Origin: an uncultured Chloroflexia bacterium
GTDB lineage: Bacteria; Chloroflexota; Limnocylindria; Limnocylindrales; CSP1-4
DNA: 64,000 nucleotides
Assembly: GCA_963749705.1 (NCBI GenBank)
Contig: CAVVNQ010000008.1
Span: forward strand, 1 to 64,000
Reading direction: 5' to 3'
Shown here piece after piece: positions 38,619-47,173 of this stretch (its first letter is position 1; each line of letters starts with the position of its first letter). The notes beneath the pieces were generated by a model. That model saw only the letters and a list, made by a program, of their open reading frames with translations. It ran no database searches and was not told the origin of the DNA. A program made the position numbers and the translations under genes.

Positions 38619-40025
38619 ATGGCGCGACCGATCACTCCGGATGAGACCGCCCACGTCGATGACCTGGTCGCCCGCGGACGGGCGGCCATGGATGCGTTCG
38701 AGGGTGCCACCCAGGAGCAGGTTGATCGGCTCTGCCAGGCGATCGCATGGGCCGTCGCCAACGAGGTCACGTTCAAGCGCCTGGCCCTGATGGGCGTCGA
38801 GGAGAGCGGGATCGGCGATCCGGAGAGCCGCATCGGGAAGCGCTTCAAGGTAATGGGCATCCTGCGCGACGTCCTTCGCCAGAAGAGCGTGGGCGTCATC
38901 GAAGATGTGCCCGAAAAGGGCATCGTCAAGTACGCCAAGCCGGCCGGCCTCATCGCGTCGCTGGTACCCACGACCAACCCCGAGCTCACGCCGCCCGGCG
39001 TCGCGCTATTCGCGATCAAGTGCCGGGACGCCGTCGTGTTCTCCCCGCATCCTCGCAGCAAGCGGACGACGCAGGAGACCGTCGAGATCATGCGGCGCGC
39101 GCTCGCGCGCGAGGGTGCGCCCGCGGACCTACTGCAATGCCTCGAGCGTCCGAGCATTCCGGCGGCACAGTACCTGATGACCCAGGCCGACCTCGTCCAG
39201 GCGACCGGCGGACGGGACATGGTCAAGGCTGCCTACAGCTCGGGCACGCCGGCATACGGTGTCGGTGCCGGCAACTCGACGATGGTCATCGACGAGACCG
39301 CGGACGTCGCGGAGGCGGCGCGCAACACGCAAATCAGCAAGCTGTCCGACTACGGCTCCGGCTGCTCGGCCGACGGAAACCTGGTCGTCGAGGCGTCCAT
39401 CTACGACGGTCTACGGGCAAAGCTGGTCGAGGAGGGCGGACACCTCGCGACCGCAGATGAGACCGAGCTCCTCCGGGCGGCGCTGTGGGATGCCGAGGGG
39501 CACCGGACACCCGACACCATCGCGATCTCGGCGCAGGTCCTCGCGGCGCGGGCAGGGTTCGAGGTCCCGGCGGATCGGCGGTTCTTCGTCGTCGAGCAGA
39601 CCGAGATCGGCCGACGCAACGTGTTCAGCTCGGAGAAGCTGGGCGTGGTGCTGTCGTTGTTCCGGTACTCCGGGTTCGACCGGGCGCTCGACATGGTCAA
39701 GGCCATCTACGACGTCGGCGGCAAGGGCCATTCGTGCGGCATCTACTCGTTCGACGACGATCACATCGACCGGCTGGCCCGGATCGCCCCCGTAAGCCGG
39801 ATCATGGTCCGCCAGCCGCAGTCCAAGGCGAATGCAGGCGCGTTCAATAACGGGATGCCGATGACCTCCAGCCTGGGCTGCGGGACCTGGGGTGGCAACG
39901 TGACGTCCGAGAACATCCACCTCAAGCACTACATGAACGTGACCTGGGTCGCTCGGCCGATCGCAGAGGATCGGCCGAGCGACCAGGCGCTGTTCGGTGA
40001 GTTCTACGGGACACCGGTGGACTGA
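38619..40025 (+). CDS. CoA-acylating aldehyde dehydrogenase (SauS/AdhE N-domain-like)
   Basis: PTTNP, SPHP, ATGG, GVGAGN, catalytic GC, EKL and SLGCGTWGGN motifs. Confidence 0.92.
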   Translation: MARPITPDETAHVDDLVARGRAAMDAFEGATQEQVDRLCQAIAWAVANEVTFKRLALMGVEESGIGDPESRIGKRFKVMGILRDVLRQKSVGVIEDVPEKGIVKYAKPAGLIASLVPTTNPELTPPGVALFAIKCRDAVVFSPHPRSKRTTQETVEIMRRALAREGAPADLLQCLERPSIPAAQYLMTQADLVQATGGRDMVKAAYSSGTPAYGVGAGNSTMVIDETADVAEAARNTQISKLSDYGSGCSADGNLVVEASIYDGLRAKLVEEGGHLATADETELLRAALWDAEGHRTPDTIAISAQVLAARAGFEVPADRRFFVVEQTEIGRRNVFSSEKLGVVLSLFRYSGFDRALDMVKAIYDVGGKGHSCGIYSFDDDHIDRLARIAPVSRIMVRQPQSKANAGAFNNGMPMTSSLGCGTWGGNVTSENIHLKHYMNVTWVARPIAEDRPSDQALFGEFYGTPVD

Positions 40026-40071
40026 GCTGTCGGCACAGCGCGGCCGGCATCGCGTCGATGCCCGAGGCGAT

Positions 40072-41007
40072 GTGAGCGGCGAGGACGCGCCTCGGGCGCC
40101 GATCGTGCGTCCCCCAATGATCTACCTCGTGGGGCTGGCCACCGTGCTGGCGCTCGGCCTCAACTGGCCGATCATGGCCCGGGGTATCGAATCGATCGCA
40201 CCGCTGTGGTTGACGGTGATCCGGTTACTCGGCGCCGGCACGATGGTCGCGGTCGTGCTGGCAGTGACGAGTGGCCTTCGGGTCCCGACGCGACAGGACT
40301 ACCCGGTAGTCGCATCCGTGGCTGGCATCCGGCTGGCGCTCGTCTACGGGCTCGTGTTCTCTGCACTGCTGCTCGTGCCGCCGGGACGCTCGTCGATGCT
40401 CGTCCACACCAGCGGGATGTGGGCCGGGCCCATCGGCGCTTGGTTCCTCCGCGAGCACCTGTCCGGCAGCAAAATCACCGGGCTCCTGATCGGCATGGTC
40501 GGCATCGTGCTGCTGATGGAGCCCTGGGGACTCGAGACCGGGAGCGATGCTCCCATCGGGTATGGAATGCTCCTCGTCGCTGCCGTGGCGACTGCGGCCG
40601 CGAATGTGCACGTCCGCGGTCACCGCTGGGCGTCCACGCCGCTGGCGCTCATGCCCTGGCAGCTGTTCGCGGCCGGTCTCCTCATGGCGCCCATCGCGTT
40701 CGCCGTCAACGGGCCACCGGAGCTGGCGCTCCGTGCGGACGAGCTGTTCATCGTGGGGTACCAGGTGATCATCGCCAGCGGGTTCGGCGTGTGGGGCATC
40801 CTGACCCTTGCCAGGAGCCTGCCCGCGGTGTCGTCAGGCGCAATGTTCATGGCCGTCCCGGCGATCGGCGTTGGCAGCTCGATTGTGCTCGCCGGGGAGG
40901 TCATCACGCCGGGCGTGCTCGCCGGCATCCCGCTCGTGTTCGCGGGTGTGTGGGCGGTGATCGCCTCGGATCGCCGCCGCCCGGCAGAACCGATCGGGAC
41001 GGGCTGA
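40072..41007 (+). CDS. DMT/EamA family transporter (start uncertain)
   Basis: About 10 TM helices in two EamA repeats (GLNWP, FLRE, LAGE). Confidence 0.88.
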   Translation: MSGEDAPRAPIVRPPMIYLVGLATVLALGLNWPIMARGIESIAPLWLTVIRLLGAGTMVAVVLAVTSGLRVPTRQDYPVVASVAGIRLALVYGLVFSALLLVPPGRSSMLVHTSGMWAGPIGAWFLREHLSGSKITGLLIGMVGIVLLMEPWGLETGSDAPIGYGMLLVAAVATAAANVHVRGHRWASTPLALMPWQLFAAGLLMAPIAFAVNGPPELALRADELFIVGYQVIIASGFGVWGILTLARSLPAVSSGAMFMAVPAIGVGSSIVLAGEVITPGVLAGIPLVFAGVWAVIASDRRRPAEPIGTG

Positions 41008-41013
41008 TGGCAC

Positions 41014-41754
41014 TCAGCTCCGTCCGAGTAGCCGACTGATCTCCGCGGCGCCAGCCTCGAGTGGCTTGCGCATCGTGTCCAGGCGTTCCTCGTTCAGCCT
41101 GGAGGTGGGACCGGAGATGCACAGGGCCGCAACGACGCGGGCCCGCGAGTCGGTGATCGGCGTAGCAGCCGCCGCGACCCCGTTCTCTCGCTCGCCGATG
41201 GATGTTGCCCAGCGCTCGCTCCGGATCTGCTCCAGCTGGTCTGCGATGCGCTCCGCCGGCGCGTTCGGGAAGACGGTCGGGTCGGTTCGTGCGCGTCGCA
41301 GCTCGAGACGCTGTATGTCCTCATCGGCGAAGGCCAGAAGAAGCTTGCCAGCGGCGCCGGCGCGCAGCGGCAACGGGCGCCCCAGTTGGATGAACGGGCG
41401 AAGCTCGTATCGCGCCTCGACCGCCGCGATGCAAACCCGTGTGTCGCGCTCGCGGACGTACAGGTGAACGCTCTCGCCCACCTCATCGCGAACCTGGCGC
41501 ATCGCCGGTTCCGCGATGGCACGCAGGTCAAAGGTCTCGGCGGCCGCCTCGCCCCAGTACAGGAGTCGAGGTCCCAGGGAGTAGCGACCGTCTTCGGTAC
41601 GGCGCACGATCCCGAGGACCGCCAGCTCCCCGAGGAGTCGGTGCGTCGACGATTTCGGCATGTCGAGTGCGGAACGAACGTAAGCGAGCGACACCGGCCC
41701 CCCCGCCTGCCCGAGGGCGTCGATCAGGTCGCTTGCCTTCTCGAGAACCGACAT
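41014..41754 (-). CDS. IclR family transcriptional regulator
   Basis: MPKSSTHRLL HTH, GESVHL, GAAGK and ALCISGP motifs. Confidence 0.95.
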   Translation of the reverse strand: MSVLEKASDLIDALGQAGGPVSLAYVRSALDMPKSSTHRLLGELAVLGIVRRTEDGRYSLGPRLLYWGEAAAETFDLRAIAEPAMRQVRDEVGESVHLYVRERDTRVCIAAVEARYELRPFIQLGRPLPLRAGAAGKLLLAFADEDIQRLELRRARTDPTVFPNAPAERIADQLEQIRSERWATSIGERENGVAAAATPITDSRARVVAALCISGPTSRLNEERLDTMRKPLEAGAAEISRLLGRS

Positions 41755-41824
41755 CTAACCCCTCAATCCCGATGTGGCCATCGAACGTATCGGCCGCGTT
41801 GCCGTGGCTCCGCCCCATCATGCG

Positions 41825-43102
41825 TCACCGCAGGCCGATGACGGTCGGGAGCCATAGCGTTACCGCCGGGACATAGGAGATGAGTGCTAGGACCACCAGG
41901 AGTGACGGCATGAAGTACAGCGCGCCCTTGAATACCTTGTGGACCGGTATCCGGGTGACCGAACTCAGGACGAAGACTACTCCACCCATCGGCGGGGTGA
42001 TCAGCCCGATCATCAGGTTGAAGATGATGATCGATCCGAACTGCAGGGGGTCGATCCCGAACGAGACGGCCACCGGCAGCAGGATCGGTGTGATGATGAG
42101 GAGCGCCGACGTCGGCTCCAGGATCATGCCCAGGCCGATCAGCACGACGTTGATCACCAGCAGGAACACGACCGGGTTGTCGCTGAACCCCAGCAACGCC
42201 GCTGCCACGGCCTCCGGCACCTGTTCCCTGGCCAGGATCCAGCTGAGCAGCGACGATGCGCCGATGATCATCATGATCTGGGCCGTGATGTTGGCCGTGT
42301 CACGGAACATGACCAGCATCTGCGGCAGGCGCACGGTGCCATATGCGTAGGCGAGCACGAGCATGTACAGGGCGCCCACGCCCGCCGCTTCGGTCGGGGT
42401 GAACCAGCCGCCGAGGATGCCGCCCAGGATGAGGGCCGGTGCGCCCATGGGCGGCACCGCCCGGAGCAGTGCCCATCGGGCTTCGTGCCAGTTGAAGGCC
42501 TCACCTGCGAACTCCGGGTGGCGGCGTGCCCATATCCAGACGGTCAGCGCGAGCGAGATCGTGACCAGCGTCGCCGGGATGACCGCTGCCGCGAACAGCG
42601 CCCCGGTCGACACGGCCGCGACCGAGGCGTACACGACCGCGGGAATGCTTGGCGGCATGATGGGGCTGATCAGAGCCGAGGACGCGGTGACCCCGACGGT
42701 GAACTCGGGGGGGTACCCACGCCGGCGCATGAGATCGACCTCGATGGTCCCCAGGCCCGCTGCATCGGCCAGCGCGGCGCCGCTCATCCAGGAGAACCCC
42801 AGGCTGACCCCGATGTTCACATACGCGAGCCCGGCCCGGAGTGGCCCCAGCCAGAGGAGCGCGGCGTCGTACAGCTTGGCGGCGATGTCGGTTCGTGTGG
42901 CGACGATGCCGACCAGGATGAACAGCGGCACGGCAAGCAACGGCCAGCTGTTGATGCCTTCCACCACGAGCCTAGCGGCGAGGCCGAGCGAATATCCCTG
43001 GGCAAGCAGATAGGCGAGGCATGGGCCCAGGATCGCAAACGCCATCGGAACACGCAGGAGAAACAGCGCGAGGATCACGATAAGCAACAGGACGACGCTC
43101 AC
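41825..43102 (-). CDS. dctM: TRAP transporter large permease
   Basis: LLAVPLF, SGAALAD, PPS, TPTEA and TPPMG motifs. Confidence 0.95.
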   Translation of the reverse strand: MSVVLLLIVILALFLLRVPMAFAILGPCLAYLLAQGYSLGLAARLVVEGINSWPLLAVPLFILVGIVATRTDIAAKLYDAALLWLGPLRAGLAYVNIGVSLGFSWMSGAALADAAGLGTIEVDLMRRRGYPPEFTVGVTASSALISPIMPPSIPAVVYASVAAVSTGALFAAAVIPATLVTISLALTVWIWARRHPEFAGEAFNWHEARWALLRAVPPMGAPALILGGILGGWFTPTEAAGVGALYMLVLAYAYGTVRLPQMLVMFRDTANITAQIMMIIGASSLLSWILAREQVPEAVAAALLGFSDNPVVFLLVINVVLIGLGMILEPTSALLIITPILLPVAVSFGIDPLQFGSIIIFNLMIGLITPPMGGVVFVLSSVTRIPVHKVFKGALYFMPSLLVVLALISYVPAVTLWLPTVIGLR

Positions 43103-43701
43103 CCGGTCACCCTCACTCCCCTTCGGATCTCGGGAAGATCCACGACGAACATGATGAGGACACCGCGGATCGCGGTCGACGTGAACCCGAAGGCGATGAC
43201 GGTGTAGATGAACGTCAGCGGGATCTCGGCGGCGGCGGTGACCTGGCCGCGGTCATGGCCCATGAAGTCGAACACGCCGTACAGCATCACGGCGCAAACG
43301 ACCGCGATCACTGCGTGTCCGACGAAGTTGACCGTGCCGAGAACACGAACGGGGAGGAAATAGTCGACGACCTTGATGGCGATGTGTGAGTCGTGGGCCA
43401 GAAGGAAGCCGGACATGACGAAGGTCAACCACACCATCGCGAATCGAGAGATCTCGCCCGTCCACGCAACGCCGCCGCCCGGTAGGTAGCGCTGGGCAAC
43501 CTGCGCAAGGACCAGGACCAGGATGGTGACCAGGAGGACGGCGCCCGCCGACTGCTCCGCGAGCCCGAGCCAGTGAAACACCGAGCGGAGCGGCTGGCTC
43601 GCGGGAAGGACCTCGCGGGCCGCCTCCGTGCCGGGTCCCTGCGGCGCGTGCTCGTCGTCGGATGTTCCACCGACCGACTGCTCGAGGTTGCTCGCGGTCA
43701 C
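43099..43701 (-). CDS. dctQ: TRAP transporter small permease
   Basis: Four TM helices with WTGEISRF and HIAI motifs. Confidence 0.92.
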   Translation of the reverse strand: MTASNLEQSVGGTSDDEHAPQGPGTEAAREVLPASQPLRSVFHWLGLAEQSAGAVLLVTILVLVLAQVAQRYLPGGGVAWTGEISRFAMVWLTFVMSGFLLAHDSHIAIKVVDYFLPVRVLGTVNFVGHAVIAVVCAVMLYGVFDFMGHDRGQVTAAAEIPLTFIYTVIAFGFTSTAIRGVLIMFVVDLPEIRRGVRVTG

Positions 43702-43770
43702 GAATCCCTCGTCATTTCATCACAGGGGGTTGGGGTCATGTTCGTGCAGAATATCGGCTCATGCCAAGTG

Positions 43771-43807
43771 TCTGGCCGGTGTCCGCCGTCGGCGGACACC
43801 GGCCAGA
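43771..43807. terminator. Perfect 17-bp inverted repeat after dctP (stabilising or attenuating hairpin)
   Basis: tctggccggtgtccgcc-gtc-ggcggacaccggccaga. Confidence 0.7.
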
Positions 43808-43813
43808 TCGCTG

Positions 43814-44881
43814 TCAGTTGGCCGTCGATCGGATGGCGTCGAGGACCGTGACCTGCTCGGGGGTGTAGTGATCCCGAAGGTAGGGCACTGCCTTGGCGCG
43901 GAAGGCCTCGCGATCGACATCGTCGATGACCTGCATCGTCCCGCCCGCCCTGAACTCGTCGAGGATCTGCTTCTCGGCGGTTTCAACGCACTTCGGCTCC
44001 TCGACCATCGCCTTCTGGACCGCAGCCTGGAGGGCTGCCTGCTGCTCCGGGGACAGCGAGGACCACTTGGCTTCGTTCATAACGACGAGATTCGAGCTCA
44101 GCTGGTGGCTCGAAAGGGAGACGTAGGACTGGACCTCGGGGAGGTTGATCGCCTTGATGTTGACGAGCGGATTCTCCTGCCCGTCGACCGTCTTCTGCTG
44201 GAGCGCCAGGTAGAGCTCGCTGTAGGCGACCTCAACCGGGGTTGCACCCATCGCGGCCGCATTCAGCAAGAACGCCGGAGACGGCGGGAACCGCATCCTG
44301 AGCCCCTTGAGGTCATCGGGGGTGCGGATCGGCTTGTTCGCCGTGAACTGCCGTGCGCCGGTATTCCAGGCGCCCAGGATCCGCACGCCCGTCGCATCCA
44401 GGAAGCCCTGTGTCAGCGGCTGCGAGGCAGGGTCCGTAAAGAACTTGTACATGTGCTCGCTGCTGTCGAACACGAACGCGCCGTCGACGACGCCCATCGG
44501 TGCATACAGCGCGCTGAGCGCCGATGCCCCCTGGATGTCAATGTCGATGTCGCCCGACACGACCGACTGGATCCTTGCGGCATCGTCGCCCAGGGTGCCG
44601 TTGCCGAACAGCTTGATCGTCAGCCCGACGTTCGCGGCCGCGGCCTCGTCGGCGATCACCTTGGCACCGCACGCGACCTGCGGCTGCTCGTCCGTGTAGC
44701 TGTTGGCGAAGGTGAGCTCGACAGGCGTCTGCGCTGCCTCTGAAGCTGGCGCCTCGGACGCTGCTGCGCTTGATGCCGCGGAGGCGGGGGCGGTGGTGGG
44801 ACTGGGGGTGCTCCCACCGCAGGCGGCGAACAGCAACGCCGCCACCATTGCGACCGGGAGCCTCCAGGATCGTGTCGTCAT
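43814..44881 (-). CDS. dctP: TRAP solute-binding lipoprotein (DctP family)
   Basis: Lipobox FAAC, DLKGLRMR and LQQKTVDGQENP motifs. Confidence 0.94.
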   Translation of the reverse strand: MTTRSWRLPVAMVAALLFAACGGSTPSPTTAPASAASSAAASEAPASEAAQTPVELTFANSYTDEQPQVACGAKVIADEAAAANVGLTIKLFGNGTLGDDAARIQSVVSGDIDIDIQGASALSALYAPMGVVDGAFVFDSSEHMYKFFTDPASQPLTQGFLDATGVRILGAWNTGARQFTANKPIRTPDDLKGLRMRFPPSPAFLLNAAAMGATPVEVAYSELYLALQQKTVDGQENPLVNIKAINLPEVQSYVSLSSHQLSSNLVVMNEAKWSSLSPEQQAALQAAVQKAMVEEPKCVETAEKQILDEFRAGGTMQVIDDVDREAFRAKAVPYLRDHYTPEQVTVLDAIRSTAN

Positions 44882-45242
44882 GTTCTCTCCCATCCTCTGA
44901 TGCTGCGGCCGGACCTGGGCCGCGGGTGCTGATGGACGACTGTGGCCGACGCTTGCGCGCAGGCCGATTTCCCAGTTCTGCTTCGAGGGGTTCGCGTGAC
45001 GGACCTTGACGGCCCTGCCTGATCGAGCTCGATGGCGACCGACGGGCCTGCCATCTTCCGCGGGTGGGACGCGCCACGTGCAATCAGCACGGGACAGGTC
45101 CGCACGCGTTCGCGATTCGCGCGCTGCTGCCTCTCTCCCTTTCGGCTTCCTCCTCCTCCGATGGCAAACCGATGAACCGGTTCGCTGCGGTCACCTCGCG
45201 GGCATCGCGGACGCCATGCAGGTGCAGCGGTGCAATCATGGC

Positions 45243-45295
45243 GTCCCATACAGCTGGACGCCAGCCTATATTACGGGACAGGCGCCGCAGGTCAA
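45243..45295 (-). promoter_or_regulatory. Promoter with paired putative IclR operators upstream of dctP
   Basis: TTGACC-16-TAATAT; boxes gtcccatacagctggac (45243) and agcctatattacgggac (45263). Confidence 0.65.
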
Positions 45296-45352
45296 GAGCG
45301 CATTTGTACCCGACGGAGCGCGACCCGATCCGGGGCTTCATAGTTAGCCCCG

Positions 45353-46951
45353 ATGGAAACGGTCCTCGTCGGAGCCCCCGGCAGTGGTGCCAGAACGATC
45401 GGCAGATCGCTCGCGGAACGTCACGGGGCGCGATTCATCGATCTCACCGGCGCGCCCGGTCGTCGTGCCGACGCACTGTCGGGCCTGCGCATGAGCGTGG
45501 CGCCCGATGGCGACCACGTCCTGCGAACGGTCATCGCTGCTGACCGCATCGTCGCGGACCCGTCGGTCCGGGCGAAGCTGTATCGCGGCCGACACGTGAT
45601 CTGGCTCGATGTCCCGGGCGACCAGCTGGTCGAGCGGCTGCGTGCGGCCCGCCGCCAGGACGTCGGCTATGAGGGCGATGCGCGGACGTTCATCGCCGAC
45701 CATCTGGCCGAGTACCGCCCCTACTACCTGGCGGGAATGCGCGTCGACGCCTCGGGCTCGGTGTCGTCGGTCATCGGACAGGTCCAGGCCATGCTCGAAC
45801 AACCGGTCCATTCCGGCACGCTGGTGCTGCGAGCCGAGGTTCGCGGCGGTTTGATCGAGCTCGGAGAGGACATCCTGGCCACCAGCCTGGGGCACGTCCT
45901 GCAGCGCCTGTCCGTGCACCGTTGCGTCGTCGTCACCTCGGGTCGTCGGCGACGGGTGGCGGACGACGCGATTGAGGTGATGCGGTCCGTGGCGGGCGTA
46001 CCGGTCGAGATCGAGGTGCTTCCGGATGGCGAGCCGTCGAAGCTCATGGACAACCAGGAACAGCTGTTCCGGCGATTCGCCGGCCGCCGTCTCGAGCGCG
46101 GCGATCCGCTGATCGCCCTCGGCGACGATGCGCTGCTCGAGGCCGCGACCTTTGCAGCCGCGGTCTGGCTCCGCGGCATCCCGCTCATCGCGATCCCCGT
46201 GACGACGCTTGGATTGATCGACACGGCCATCGGGGGCAAGGGCGGCATCGATCTGCCCGGCGTCGGTCGCAACCTGCTTGGAGTCGTCCACCAGCCGACC
46301 GCGACCATCCTCGATATCGGCCTCGTGAAAGACGAGCCCGCCACCGAGCGGCGCGCCGCCCTGGCGGAGGCCGTCAAGTACGGGCTTATCGGAGACGATG
46401 GCCTCCTGTCGCTGCTCGAGTCGGGAGCGCGACGAGCCCCCGACAGGCCCTGGCCAAGCGGCGCGGCACTCCTCGAGCTCGTCGAGCGTTGCGCCCTAGC
46501 CAAGCGTCACCGCGTGCTGCTTGACGAGCGGGACGTGTCCGGCGTCCGGATGGCGCTGAATCTCGGCCACACCCTGAGTCATGCCCTCGAGGCGGCGACC
46601 TCGTACCAGCTGCGCCACGGTGAGGCGGTCGCCTACGGCCTCCGGGCCGCCGTCGAGATCGGCCTGGCGATGAAGGTGACGCCGGTCGGGATCGCGGCCC
46701 GCGCGCATCGCCTGCTCGACGTGCTCGACCTGGCGACCGAGGCCCTCGACGTCCCCGTCGAGGAGGTCCTTGCGTACCTCGACGCCGACAAGAAGCGCCG
46801 CGACGGACAGGCGCGGTGGGTGCTCGTCGCCGACGACGGCGTCACGGTCCGTGGCGACGTCCCGCCAGCGGTGGTCAGGTCAGCCGCGACGTCAGCCCTG
46901 GCAGGTCGCCACCAGGAAAGCGGTTTCGGCGCCTCTCGCCTCGACGGCTGA
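45353..46951 (+). CDS. Shikimate kinase-like / 3-dehydroquinate synthase-like fusion with degenerate motifs
   Basis: GAPGSGART P-loop remnant; GE.SK, GGKGGID, EAVKYG, LNLGHTLSHALE and HGEAV motifs. Confidence 0.85.
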   Translation: METVLVGAPGSGARTIGRSLAERHGARFIDLTGAPGRRADALSGLRMSVAPDGDHVLRTVIAADRIVADPSVRAKLYRGRHVIWLDVPGDQLVERLRAARRQDVGYEGDARTFIADHLAEYRPYYLAGMRVDASGSVSSVIGQVQAMLEQPVHSGTLVLRAEVRGGLIELGEDILATSLGHVLQRLSVHRCVVVTSGRRRRVADDAIEVMRSVAGVPVEIEVLPDGEPSKLMDNQEQLFRRFAGRRLERGDPLIALGDDALLEAATFAAAVWLRGIPLIAIPVTTLGLIDTAIGGKGGIDLPGVGRNLLGVVHQPTATILDIGLVKDEPATERRAALAEAVKYGLIGDDGLLSLLESGARRAPDRPWPSGAALLELVERCALAKRHRVLLDERDVSGVRMALNLGHTLSHALEAATSYQLRHGEAVAYGLRAAVEIGLAMKVTPVGIAARAHRLLDVLDLATEALDVPVEEVLAYLDADKKRRDGQARWVLVADDGVTVRGDVPPAVVRSAATSALAGRHQESGFGASRLDG

Positions 46952-46985
46952 CTGCCTCCAGCCCGGATCGCGTCCTGAGCCGAGG

Positions 46986-47015
46986 TTGACGCACATCGGT
47001 CTCAGGGGATACCTT
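46986..47015 (+). promoter_or_regulatory. aro operon promoter
   Basis: TTGACG-18-TACCTT. Confidence 0.6.
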
Positions 47016-47025
47016 CGCGCGCACG

Positions 47026-47061
47026 ATGTCCGCCTTCTACCGCTTTATATGCCCGGCATGA
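47026..47061 (+). CDS. Aromatic amino-acid leader peptide MSAFYRFICPA
   Basis: Phe, Tyr and Phe within four codons; lies between the promoter and a terminator upstream of DAHP synthase. Confidence 0.72.
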   Translation: MSAFYRFICPA

Positions 47062-47108
47062 CCGATCCCGGATACTGACGATCCGGGCAGCGGCTCGTGC
47101 CGGGTGAG

Positions 47109-47134
47109 CAGAGGTCCTGGACCTCTGTTTTTTT
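47109..47134 (+). terminator. Intrinsic attenuator terminator
   Basis: CAGAGGTC-CTG-GACCTCTG followed by TTTTTTT, about 40 nt before aroF. Confidence 0.88.
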
Positions 47135-47173
47135 GTTCCCTCGCGACGATCTCCTCGAGGAATCCTGACCAGC

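Noticed and set aside
36655-40025. Calling the ThDP enzyme xsc or ilvB and the ALDH sauS (taurine/sulfoacetate pathway)
   Set aside because: Only family-level motifs are visible; no pta, TauE/SauU or ilvN neighbours support a specific call
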